A stretch of DNA of 62,247 nt, from positions 1,309,420-1,371,666 of the forward strand of contig NW_014577074.1 of the NCBI RefSeq assembly GCF_000485595.1, given 5' to 3'. Shown piece after piece: positions 41,012-51,999 of this stretch. Positions within the stretch are counted from its first letter, which is position 1; each line of letters opens with the position of its first letter. The stretch is from Priapulus caudatus (taxonomy: Eukaryota). The notes beneath the pieces were generated by a model. It was not told where the DNA came from. It saw nothing but the letters and a program-made list of their open reading frames with translations, and did no database searches. The translations under genes were made by a program, and so were the position numbers.

Positions 41012-41333
41012 CTGAGAACGATGAGCAAGACATGTTACGTTGCACACTGATCGGTCGGTAACAGATGTAAGAGGCAAAACTTGATTGACGGTATTTTTGT
41101 CAAGTACTGTGAAATATTAATGGATGCAAGAGGTGAAAAATTATTGCCGATAGTTTTGTAAATTACTGTAACATTATTCGCTCTTGTGACACAGAGAAAT
41201 GAGTGGCTCATTTTGTAGTCACTTTAATAATTTTATGGAGTAATATTTGTATGAACATGAAAGGACATTGAAGAAAAATTAAGCACACTGGCTAAAACTA
41301 TAGGCCTACTAGTACAAGAAGATGTCACCATAC

Positions 41334-41468
41334 CTGGCTGAGTCTAGGTAGTTTGACATGAACACCTGCACGCAGACCTGTACCCAGGTTACTGGGGCAG
41401 GTCAGGATGTAGCCAAGGTGCTCATTCCACATAAATTCGTAGCCCTTAGATTTGATCAATCTCTCTAC
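41334..41468 (-). CDS. CKMT: Mitochondrial creatine kinase, coding exon 6
   Basis: 135 nt, ag/gt borders. [45 protein letters not shown] contains the phosphagen kinase active-site CPSNLGT. Confidence 0.96.
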
Positions 41469-41806
41469 CTAAATGGGAAATTTAGTTATGTAGTGATTGA
41501 TTTATCTATTTGATAATAATTATCCATTCATGGCGTCACTGGAATCATGGCCTGCGTGGGCAAGCTAGGCACCTAATTGCATCAACAAATGGTAATTGTC
41601 ATAATGCATATGGTCTGTACCGTTATGATGCATTTATATAGCCCGGCAGAGGGTAACACAATTTACGCATTCAGTCAGGGATCACACACCTGCTGCTGTC
41701 TACAGCAGCAGTGGCATGAGCATTAGGAGCAACGGAAGCAAAACCAGCAGTGATAACATCAACAAAAACAGGGGTGTTTGCACTGATAATAAACGAAAGC
41801 CTATAC

Positions 41807-42016
41807 CTCCTGCAGTCCTCGGCTGAACCGCTCAAAGACTGCCCTCATGTTGCCGCCTTTCTCCATGGATATAACGCGGGTGTGGTCCTCCTCGTTCACC
41901 CATACAAGGAAGTTCTTGGAATTGTTGTGCCAGATTCCACGGGCATCTGGCCAGTCACGCGCCATTCCTGCACAGGTGAGCAGTGGAGATACGGGCTTGT
42001 CAAAGAGGAAGTGGTC
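41807..42016 (-). CDS. CKMT: Mitochondrial creatine kinase, coding exon 5
   Basis: 210 nt. [31 protein letters not shown]...[17 protein letters not shown] (NEED motif). Confidence 0.97.
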
Positions 42017-42137
42017 CTGGAAGACAGGTGAAATAACCATAATCTTTCTTGGACGGTTAATTCTGTATTCCAGTCTTCACTTATGTGAGCCGTTTGAAAA
42101 CGAGTGTTTTACAGCGAAACAAAGTGATTTTTCTTAC

Positions 42138-42359
42138 ATCAATCAGTTTGTCTTGCTCTGCGTCGGTCATGTTATTCAGTGGGTAGTACTTTCCCTGCAG
42201 ATCTCCACTCAGGCCATTAAGGGCATCGGATACAACCCTCTCTACTTCGCGTCGCTCTGCGCGGTCGCATGCCGGTGGCAGAGAGAGGCCACGGATGCTA
42301 CGACCAGTACGCACACGAGCTGACAGCACATAGTTAGAATCTAGCTGACCGCCACGAAT
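42138..42359 (-). CDS. CKMT: Mitochondrial creatine kinase, coding exon 4
   Basis: 222 nt. [31 protein letters not shown]...QDKLID, then gtaag donor. Confidence 0.96.
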
Positions 42360-42717
42360 CTGTAAGCACCAAGTTATGTCAGGGAAGCATGTGCAAGCAT
42401 CATGTGCTGTCTAAACCCCCATACAGTGTGCCATGGTAATGTAGCGTTGAAGTTACACCAAGATTTAAATGAAATAATTTAGAGTAAAATAATCAAAGAC
42501 GAAGTATAAATTTTGTGTTCACTAAAAGAATATATTGTTTACAAATCATACAGGTCTCTACACGGTACACGCTAATACTCAGAATCCCAGATTCGAACCC
42601 CTCCTGCTCTTCAAATTTCTATTTATATGCAAACTCTCCACCAATCATACTCATTTCCAAATTCTCCTCGACCAATCACACACAACTGCCTATAACGCTT
42701 TGTCTACTCAAAACACC

Positions 42718-42732
42718 CGCCATAACCCTGAG

Positions 42733-42770
<38 letters not shown>

Positions 42771-42955
42771 CTCAGCCGCCATAACCCCCGCCATGACCCC
42801 CGCCATAACCCTGAGAACAATATATATATATATATATATATATTGTTCTCAGTCAGTTGGTTGTTAATATATATATATATATATATATTGTTCTCAGCCG
42901 CCATAACCCCCGCCATAACCATGAGAACAATATATATTGTTCTCAGCCATAACCC
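42718..42955. repeat. Cluster of short palindromes TGAGAACAA(TA)nTTGTTCTCA embedded in CGCCATAACC repeats
   Basis: Three to four hairpin copies, each adjacent to GCCATAACC direct repeats. Confidence 0.75.
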
Positions 42956-43236
42956 ACATATCGAACACCCGATCTGCAGCCCTGTCTAGACTAATATTCC
43001 TTAAAACTAACACGCGTCTACATCGCACACGCAACGTACTATTTGTAACCTACATGCTAACTACTGCACCTAACCCAACCCAGGCTAATTTCAGCCAAAT
43101 CTAGCTACACTTACTACTTTATGTAAACATCTGTAAAACACATGTTACAGTAACACACTATGGTAATTAAATATAAAGAGAGGGAGAAGGAGCAGGAATG
43201 AGAACGAGAGATAGAGACAGAGAGATATGCATATGT

Positions 43237-43283
43237 ATCAGGAGTAGATAATAGGGATCTATTATCTATTATCTACTCCTGAT
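43237..43283. mobile_element. Palindromic micro-element family A, copy 3
   Basis: ATCAGGAGTAGATAATAG...CTATTATCTACTCCTGAT flanked by ATGT on both sides. Confidence 0.65.
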
Positions 43284-43603
43284 ATGTATACATTTAAAAA
43301 CATTTCTCCATCTTATAATCATACTTAACATTTAAAATAGACAATATATATCAATAAAAGATCAATGTACAAAAAAATAATGTTGGTCAAGTATCAACAT
43401 GTACCAAATAACAAACCATCCCGATTATATTTACGAAGGCACAAATGCTAAGCTTTATAGTTAGGTAGGTATGTTTTCTTACTGACAGCTGCGGTAATGT
43501 GAATTTTATCTACCAAAATGTCATGTTGCATGCTCCACATATACGTTACGAACATGATTATTACACAAAATATTGTGTATAGTTATTGAACTTCCTTGTA
43601 TAC

Positions 43604-43696
43604 CTTTCTGTAGTCAATGTCAGTTGGATGCTTGGCGTCTGGACCATATCCTCCATGTCTGTCATCAATCACCTTGTCTAGAAGGTCTGCAAACAC
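43604..43696 (-). CDS. CKMT: Mitochondrial creatine kinase, coding exon 3
   Basis: 93 nt. VFADLLDKVIDDRHGGYGPDAKHPTDIDYRK. The Arg before HGG is the CK-diagnostic position. Confidence 0.94.
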
Positions 43697-44581
43697 CTAG
43701 TAAACATGTTTTACAATCAGTGATAATTTTTCATTCGTTGAATTTCGTTAACAGACACCCAGGATTCTTCCCAGACCTTTAATACATGTCGGGTATGACA
43801 TGCCTTCAAAATTAAAGCTAATATGTAACATCTCGTCTCCAACATGCCTTTATTTCCTAATCTTCATGCAGCTGTGTTTACTTCTGACAACCCCAACACA
43901 GTCATGCTGTTTCCTTACAGCTTGATGTATACATCTCCAAACTGATCGAGTTTACCTGTGTCTTGGGGCCACTTATTATATACATAATCGACCTGAATTG
44001 GTACAAGCCCCTCTTGGACACTCCCCCCATTCTTTCATAAGTGACATGCCTTGTGAAATTCCTTGGGAGAATCCTTGACACGATTACATATTATCAGGGG
44101 TTAATAATGACAAATTGTCATTATTAATATTAACCCCTGGTATCATATTATAGGAATAGCATCAGTGTAACATGTATTTAGACTTGTACTTTGAATGTTT
44201 ATATCAAAAATTGATCTATTCACATTAATGAAACCAGAAAAACAGTTTGCTTTGTGAATATTTTGGGGTAGGGTTATTTCCCACGATGGGACCTTTCTTG
44301 TCAGCAATCAACTTTAATGGTACATTGCTTAGTACCCATACTAGTGTTCAGACTACTGCATATTTCTTATTATGCGTGTTTGTCAGATCCATACTTTGAT
44401 TTGTCAGATGTGCAATTTCCTTATGGCGAATTAAAAAGAATGTCATAGTTGGCATCAGTACGTAAGTTCCTGTTGAGCACAGTTAAAATGACACTGTAAT
44501 CAGTCTTGTGGTATATATATGAATTATTGTACATCACAATAATCCTGTATTTGGTTATATAATACAAATGCATGTGCACAC

Positions 44582-44719
44582 CTCATATGTCTCTTCATCA
44601 CCAGCAACACAACCAACGGTGTAAATGAATGGATGTCCTGGGTTATCAATGCCTGTCTGTATGACACCATCTAGTGTAAAGCCATTGGGTGTTCTTTTAT
44701 CACACAATTTGGCATAGAC
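44582..44719 (-). CDS. CKMT: Mitochondrial creatine kinase, coding exon 2
   Basis: 138 nt. [46 protein letters not shown], with the CK-type DNPGHPFI guanidino-specificity loop. Confidence 0.96.
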
Positions 44720-44927
44720 CTAAAGCAAAATATGCATATCAATTATCAAAGATTAAATATTTCAATATTTTGAAATAAGATTGATTGCTTACATATTATA
44801 AATGTATATTTGTCACTTTTGGCAATAATTATAAATTCTAAACTTATATACTTTTACAGATTAAACTATATTAGTATTTATAATTTTTTGCTAACAAGAT
44901 ATAATAAATTACAGTTAGGTTAGATTA

Positions 44928-46215
44928 GCTCATAGGGACTATGTCCCCCAGGGTACTACCGGAACGTACCCTGGTCTTGTCGCAAGGTAACTGAGGACGT
45001 ACCCTGGTAACTTTTGATTATGGTTACAAATGTGCTCCGAAATTAAGTCGTTGTCTGGTTGTCGAAGACAACCAGTAATTTGCGCGCGGACACCTACACC
45101 AGTTTGAGAATTGTCCGGTGGGACACCAAGAAAAATTGACGAAAACGGTCACATTATATTTATGTTTTTCTCGAGGGTTTCCAAGAGCACTTAGTAGCCT
45201 CGGCGGGAACGCTATAATCTATGGGTGTGAGGGAGAGGCGACGTATACCCGAGCTGCTATCTGGTGCCAACACTGTGGCAGGAGTTTTCTGATTTATGAG
45301 GAGTGAACTGCGATTATTGGAAACCACAAACACGCAAGTTCACCCACTACATTTTGGTATTTTGGCTTCACTATTATTTTGTGAATTTTCGCGATGGCGT
45401 AATTTGCCGCATGCATAACAACACAGTGGATCAATGTTGATACTGAAAAGATTAAAAAAAGAGATTGTCGTAGTCAGATAGAAGCTGTAGCAATGTACTG
45501 CAAAGGTGCCGCAGAATACCATCTCCTGGCGAATCTACATTTTCAAGAATTTTCTGGGGGAGGACCCGCCATACCCCCCTTGTTTTTTCACGAACCTCCT
45601 GGAACTCTAAGATCCGTCACTGAACAATTACACTAGAAGAGGAGATCGTTTGGGAGCAAGCACAATTGAACAAAAATGTTGCTTTTGGCAATGCACACTC
45701 AAAGCAAAAGATTGCAGAGAGAAGGTAGAGGACCGTAGGGTGTGGAGAGGGAGGCAAGAGGAGCATTAAATATTAAGTTCATTCATATTTTGCGCAGTTC
45801 GCTGTTTATTGGCCCGGCCTATCCCCCCGCCCCCCACAAACCTTCGCTTGCAAAAACTCTGGTAAATACAGTGAGTTTTGGGTGTTTTTATAGACCATAC
45901 TTATTATGTGAATTGGAAAATAAGAGATTTTGGGATAATTATTTTGGGCAAGACAGAATTTGCTTGCGGAAACAACGTCCGCTTTGATGCCTGGGTTGTC
46001 AGCAGGACAACCGACATTTTTTTTGTTTCCATCTTCGACAGCAGTGGTTAGGGTTAAGGGTTTAGGGTTATGGGTTAGGTTAGGGAGTAGGCGTAGGCCG
46101 ACTCCCTACTCGTTAAGATGGGATGGTAGGCGAGTAGGCTGCCGGCATACGTTAGATAGTACCATAAAAGGGTAGGGGTCCGGATAGTACCCCTGGGGAA
46201 TAGACGCCTCTCAGC
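44928..46215. mobile_element. TTAGGG-containing palindromic MITE (family B) interrupted by a ~1-kb nested element
   Basis: Same ends as 59643-59907 and 60551-60787 (GCTCATAGGG...CTCTCAGC). Flanks are GTTAGATTA / GTTAAGATTA. The inner ~45027-46046 has its own degenerate IRs (GGTTGTC...GACAACC). Confidence 0.7.
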
Positions 46216-46525
46216 GTTAAGATTATGCTTCGTAGGTTTAATGTCCCCGCTGACCTCGTGTTTGCACTGGGCTCGTTTACTATTTCTGAACTAAGCCTAA
46301 CCCTAACCTAATATACATATAATATCTTATATAATATATATAGTATATATAGTAATATAATAAGTATATTAAGTCAGAATATATACTGTCATATATAATA
46401 GACCCCCATAGACCTTATCTGCGTTAGATTAGGGTAAATATTAGACTGGGGTTAGGCTACCCATTAGGATTAAAAAAGGTCTAACTTGGGTAACACAGTA
46501 GGAATACTGAAAACTAGTTACTTAC

Positions 46526-46738
46526 TTCAGGGCTAAGGTGTTTTGCCATGCAATTGTGGTGCTTTGAAAGATCAGGGAAGTTGGCACTTGGGGGGTATAA
46601 CCTGCGCACAGGCCTACTATCTGCTAAGTGCTTCTCACGGGCCATATAATATCCAGCAACACCAGCCACAGCAAGGCCAGCAGCCGTGAGATAGTTGTTT
46701 CCTAGGTTCATCGTAAACAGCCGAGAGAATGCTGACAT
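46526..46738 (-). CDS. CKMT: Mitochondrial creatine kinase, coding exon 1 (with transit peptide)
   Basis: [71 protein letters not shown], then gtaagt donor. A basic/hydrophobic presequence precedes the MtCK-type LYPPSA.FPDL..H.NCMA. Seven exons join in frame to 412 aa. Acceptor ctttcag at 46753 implies an upstream non-coding exon. Confidence 0.94.
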
Positions 46739-47021
46739 CTTAATAAATCTTCCTGAAAGTAGATATTAGAAGTAATATATTTAAGCCGCTAATTTAGAAT
46801 TATTCTAGTAGTAATACTAATACTTAGCCAATTTTTTATCAGTCAAACAACCAGAAATCCCAACGGTCAACCTCAATCTAACCGTAAGCCCATAATTAAT
46901 ATCTGGGTCCTAAAGTAGGCTTGAATCTAATCTTACACTACAACCTCATAAATAATTGATGATGATTATGATTACAATTGATTATTACTAAGTCTAAAGT
47001 TAGACTCGCAGAGACACAGGT

Positions 47022-47432
47022 CTCATAACCTCATAAATATTAGTCTTCAATATCCAAGGAACTATATCGAAGACGGAATAAGACAATTGTTGATCAAATA
47101 GACAGATAAACATTCAGAAGCGCAGTAGAATAAGCCGCATATTTGCAATTTTTAAGGTTGAGAATTCCAATACGGAATGACAGAGACAAAGATTTTAAGC
47201 TGAAAGAGATCCTTTGATGATGGCACGTGTCGAAAATCAATGATCACGCTCAAATAATCGAGTGCAACAAACAGGCTTCATCAAACAAGAGGGAATGCCA
47301 ATCTTCACATGACCATGGTAAATTTTATGTAAAGTTATAAGTTTAGCATGGAGTACCTACCCACTTAATTCTATCTCCGTCTTCGTTATAGTACCTAGGA
47401 CTTTTGAAGACTAATATTTATGAGGTTATGAG
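47022..47432. mobile_element. MITE-like element with 29-bp perfect terminal inverted repeats
   Basis: CTCATAACCTCATAAATATTAGTCTTCAA vs TTGAAGACTAATATTTATGAGGTTATGAG. No clear TSD. Confidence 0.6.
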
Positions 47433-47589
47433 GCGAAAGCGGACAGGAAGTCGAAGAGGACGCCTATCAAGTTGAGCCAAAACAACATCTTCATCACTGT
47501 CATGTATTGATAGTTTTTGGAAACCCATTATATCGCATCCAATTTAGAGCTGTTCTGGCGTGTATAGAGGCACCGACCTGGCGAAGCAT

Positions 47590-47900
47590 ATTCTAATATC
47601 ATAATATTACCAATTTTAGGAATTTAGGAATTTAGGAATTTTAGGAATTTTACCAATAACAGATAAAATAGGATATAAAAAACTCATGCTACTACAATAC
47701 ATAGTTAAGCTAGATAACAATAGAGTAATTAAGAGAGTATTTATACAGCAGATCAAAGAGGAAGGAAAAAAATTGGGTAAATGAAATTTTAATAATCCTA
47801 AAGGAATACGAACTGGAAATATCATTTACAGCCATGGATTAAAACCAAAAAGAGCCTGGAAAAAACAAGTCAAAGATGCCATCTTAAAAAAAGAGTAATT
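47590..47900 (+). mobile_element. Decayed LINE ORF2 C-terminal fragment
   Basis: Translates LGILPITDKIGYKKLMLLQYIVKLDNNRVIKRVFIQQIKEE, typical of the post-RT region of non-LTR elements. A-rich strand with stops. Confidence 0.5.
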
Positions 47901-48357
47901 ATGAGAGACAAATTGAAAACTAGAGATAAAACAAAAATGAAGATGATAAACATTGAAATTAACATAAAGAGGACTTGGAACATTTATATAAATGTGATAG
48001 CTATAATAAATATAAGGATGGAGAACAAATAGAACTAGAAGGCTGGAGAGGGGACAACCACGGGTTATTGAAACCAGAGTTAGATTATGTGCGGAAAATT
48101 TTGTTGATTCGAAACACTAGGCCTAATATCTAGAGAATTAAAGGCGGCATTATAATCTCCTTTTTCTCTAGATAATCCCCGCACTTCGTTGAATCGAGTG
48201 CCTTGTAAAATACGAGAGGGAGCCAAGATACAATATACAAGATATATACAACTTATTACAAGATAATATGGGGAGAACCATGGAAAGCCAGGGACTGAGT
48301 TTTAAAGTCGCATGCGTTTTGAATTTTTGCGCGCATGCATTCATGCATCATGCATGC

Positions 48358-48522
48358 TAGATACAATAATAAATTAATATGTAACCCAAACACAGGATAG
48401 GGCCAACCCTAGCTCCAAGAAACGGTATTGCTAGGGTTACAATACCGTATAGACAATCCGTCGCACAGCCTGGTCGGGCTAAGGATACCCTATCCTGTGT
48501 TTGGGTTACATTATTGTATCTA
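48358..48522. mobile_element. Short MITE-like inverted repeat
   Basis: TAGATACAATAAT...GTAACCCAAACACAGGATAGGG is mirrored by CCCTATCCTGTGTTTGGGTTACATTATTGTATCTA. Confidence 0.65.
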
Positions 48523-48550
48523 CAGACTTAATTTAGCTCTAGAACTATAC

Positions 48551-48637
48551 TAGTCCGAGCCGACGCAGACCCCAGTAATGGATAAACCCGCACCCTCAGA
48601 TTAGCAAAGCGGAGTTTACGTCTGCATTTGCGGACTA
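48551..48637. mobile_element. Micro-MITE with 9-bp TSD
   Basis: TAGTCCG...CGGACTA ends, flanked by GAACTATAC (48542-48550, 48638-48646). Confidence 0.7.
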
Positions 48638-48790
48638 GAACTATACATGCATGCATTCACTCCTCGGCTCATTCTCATTACTATCAGTATACACTATATA
48701 TAACGTGTAAGTATAGACTATAGAGTATAGTGAATAAAGTACTGCCGTACAGTCTAATATTTGTATAGAAATTTAAATAAAAATATATAC

Positions 48791-48944
48791 CTTTAGCTTC
48801 TTTTATAAATTAGAATAACGATCGTCTCCTACTCTTTCGAATTCCCTGCACACACACCGACGCCTGAAGTAGAACGCACAGAGTAGTTGCCATGCAAACA
48901 GACATCACTTTCCCGTTGCCAAGCTACGCACTGTGACGTCACAG
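48791..48944 (-). promoter_or_regulatory. Candidate CK non-coding first exon and promoter (X-box-like motifs and CRE)
   Basis: Minus-strand donor AAG|gtatat at 48791/48790. GTTGCCATGCAAAC at 48886-48899, GTTGCCAAGCTAC at 48915-48927, TGACGTCA at 48934-48941. Confidence 0.35.
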
Positions 48945-48965
48945 ACTAACGGATACCAGCTATGA

Positions 48966-49201
48966 TAGACTGGTACTCGCTCCCACCTCGATTACTCGAT
49001 GGGATAATGGATGGGGCCTAAGCCGATAGGTGGGACCGGGTACCAGTCTACAGCTATGATAGCGGATACACACCACACTAGTAACTACACAGACTGGACA
49101 CTTCGTCTACCTAGACTGGTACTCGCACCCACCTCGATTACTCGATGGTATCGATCCCCATCGAGTAACTAAGCCGAGAGGTGGGAGCGAGTACCAGTCT
49201 A
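48966..49201. mobile_element. Two copies of an ~85-90-bp palindromic MITE (TAGACTGGTAC...GTACCAGTCTA), 9-10 bp TSD
   Basis: 48966-49050 is flanked by CAGCTATGA. 49112-49201 is flanked by TTCGTCTACC/TTCGTATACC. Confidence 0.8.
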
Positions 49202-49223
49202 TTCGTATACCCTGCAGGTATAC

Positions 49224-49323
49224 CACTGATCTATATATATCTATCATATTATAGAGATCAGTGAGGTATACCTGCAGCACTGATCTCTATAATATAATAA
49301 TGATTATATTATAGAGATCAGTG
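49224..49323. mobile_element. Two ~40-46-bp hairpin elements (CACTGATCT...AGATCAGTG), 8-bp TSDs
   Basis: 49224-49263 is flanked by AGGTATAC and 49278-49323 by ACCTGCAG. A third copy lies at 50972-51047. Confidence 0.8.
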
Positions 49324-49394
49324 ACCTGCAGGAACTGCTTGTTAAGCGTTTCGATGGTGCAGCCCCTGGCGAATGAAGCGGTCAACTACTCAAA

Positions 49395-50416
49395 ATGGCA
49401 TCAGCTGGCGGTTATTGCAGTGCTGGAAATTGTTCCAATGGCAATACTACAAGGAAGAAAAACCCAGATATAGCGTTTTCCACAGATATATAAGAGCATG
49501 ATAGCGAGGTACTAGATTGATCACGTGTTGCATGTTATATACGTTTGCAAATAATAAATTCGTTAGGACGGCAGTGACAGATGCAGTGCCAGTGACTCAC
49601 TGACTGCTGTGCACACGAACAGAGACTGTAGGCCTACTTATTGATTGTTTAATCATATCAAGAGTAGATAATAACACATGTGTTATTATCTACTCTTGAT
49701 CATATGTAATCATAATATCAATGTAAACTAATACAAGATACAATCTTATGAAGCTATTTAACAGTTAAAAGTTAGGGAAAACATTGATCAAGATGTACAT
49801 AGACTTCGGAAGTGGATCTGCAATATAAGAAGAGCCGACATTGATGGGTTAAAAGACAGCCAATACAAATATCTGCTAATTTGCGAGGATCATTTTGAGG
49901 CATCTCAATTTATGTGTCCAGCTGACAAGGGTAAAAATCACTGGCTGCTTTGAAATATGATATGCTGTACCTATTTAAAAATATAACTATTATTAGTATG
50001 GGAAATTAGTAAAAAATCTTGCTTTCTCTGCTTCTCGTCGTGTGACTCATGAATGCCCCATTACTCGTTATACATGTACCAGGCTTGATTTCATCATAGA
50101 TATATACAACACATATGTTGTATATATCTATGATTTCTTGAAATATACATAAACAGAAAAATACGTTTGAGAAATATTCACTGCTGGGCACTGAAGTATA
50201 TCATTATTGCTTATGGCAATATCAAAACTATAAACCAACACATGCTGAATAATTTGGCTAATAAAAAATTCAAACTGTCTGTATTTTACCTTATTTTCCA
50301 TAATTGTTCCACCTTTATTAAAAACACAAGGGCAAGTCAACAAATTTAAGAGGCTAAGAAAGGATGCAGTTCCATCTCTGATGGAAGTCAGTAACCCTCC
50401 TGCACTCCCAACTTAG
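49395..50416 (+). pseudogene. Decayed three-exon THAP zinc-finger (C2CH) reading frame, probably a DNA-transposon remnant
   Basis: 49395-49508: MASAGGYCSAGNCSNG...PDIAF (frameshifted). 49803-49930: LRKWICNIRRADIDG...LLICEDHFEASQF. 50331-50416: QVNKFKRLRKDAVPSLMEVSNPP..*. Splice phases of exons 2 and 3 are compatible. Bracketed by IRs ATGGTG...GCGAATGAAGCGGT (~49354-49400 vs ~50878-50922). Confidence 0.8.
49657..49700. mobile_element. Palindromic micro-element family A, copy 4
   Basis: ATCAAGAGTAGATAATAACACATGTGTTATTATCTACTCTTGAT is a perfect palindrome. Confidence 0.65.
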
Positions 50417-51081
50417 AAACAAGCCGAATCGTAAATTGCTAATGCTCCAGCACTTTTGATTAAGCTTCTTAGCAATAAATGTGATCAATGGTATTTGAGT
50501 AAAAAATATGGAAATTATATCGTCTTTATTATTTTTATTGTTTGTAGAAAAAACAAACATCTTACAAAATCCGGTCACAGACTAAGGAATAAATTAAACT
50601 ACAGACTGTAGCACAGTGTACATGTAGTACGTGTGCACACTACGCATTGTGACATGTGTATTGTGCATTAGTCTGTGATACGGTGTGGATGATCGTTTTG
50701 CATGTAAAAATAAATGTATAGCCGTTTAATAGAGCAAAATCTACTTGAAGACTAATATTTGACCTTCTAGATTCAGGAATGTATAGTTAAACTCCAGTCC
50801 AAATATTAAAATTAACGATAGAGACGTTTTAATGTTACAACGTTACACATCCACGGTCTGACCGTCTGTCACCACAGCCAGATTTTTAGTGTACCGCTTC
50901 ATTCGCTGGGCGGCGCCACCATTCAATGGCATTACACTATTTTGGCGTTTCGAGTCTGTGTGTATCAGTATCACTGATCTCTATTATACTAATATAATAT
51001 AATATAATGTATATAAGTGAGTATAAATTATATAATAGAGATCAGTGGTGTGTTACTGTGTATCCGTTAGTCAGTGGTGAC

Positions 51082-51122
51082 CAAAGATCGTATAGTGCCG
51101 GAGGCACTATATACGATCTTTG
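51082..51122. mobile_element. 41-bp hairpin element with 8-bp TSD
   Basis: CAAAGATCGTATA...TATACGATCTTTG flanked by GTGGTGAC (51074-51081, 51123-51130). Confidence 0.75.
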
Positions 51123-51393
51123 GTGGTGACGGTGACGTTTTTTATTGTTAACGAAGTCGAAGAGCTTTATGGGATAGATGAATTTGAGGCCCGAATGGAG
51201 ATTGTGGAGACCAGTATATATAGGTTTATGTACCTGTAAATAAATAATTACGGTAAATACTTATAAATAAAGTCCACATTGTCATTAATAATTATATTTT
51301 TAATTATTTTATGCCGTAAAATTGATAAAAGAGACTACGTACAGTAGTAATGTGTTCGCTTACTAATCCCCATTTGAGCATTAAACATCAATC

Positions 51394-51745
51394 ATGGCGG
51401 CGTCCACATTGCATGTTGTTTACTTATTAATCCTTTTAAATTCCGTTGTAATTGAGTCTAAGAAAGCCGAGCAGTGTGATGTATCTAATATTCAGGTTAC
51501 TACTCCCGATGGCGTGACGCAAGAAATTAAAATAGGCCATTTGAGATCCGTAGATCTTTGTGAAAACTGTGAAACGGACGCTTTTGGAGTCCGTGATAAT
51601 TTTAATCACGATGTTGATGAAGCTGCACGAGTGCTTCTAGCGAGATTGCAATTTACCCTTCCTAACTTAGAAAGTCTGTTGAAGTCTGAGCAACCGTCTT
51701 TCTTTCACGCTTATTTATTCAGCGATGTATATCCCTCATGCACCA
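51394..51745 (+). CDS. TTC13: TTC13-like TPR protein, exon 1 (signal-peptide-like N-terminus)
   Basis: ATGGCGGCG start, hydrophobic LHVVYLLILLNSVVI, open frame to an A|gtaagt donor (phase 1) that joins in frame to 56276. Poorly conserved, so it is assigned by position and phase. Confidence 0.7.
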
Positions 51746-51999
51746 GTAAGTAGTTACTACTAAGTTAGTAGATGGTAATTTTAATGCAGCCAAACCACAA
51801 CTTGGCAATTTTTATTTATTTATTTATTTAACGACAGTACATATGCTTGACAATGATTGTCCGAGATACATACTACTAGTACTAGCCTTTGCATTTTAGT
51901 GACCTGATCTCGTTGGGTAGTGGCAGATATGATATAATTATATAAGATAATGTTATACAGTCCTGTTAAATAGCTGGAGTGGATTCTCCCCATGCATTT

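Noticed and set aside
40784..46738. Arginine kinase assignment
   Set aside because: DNPGHPF, Arg in DRHGG and GTGGVD are creatine-kinase signatures. Arginine kinases have a shorter loop and a G..GEH-type motif.
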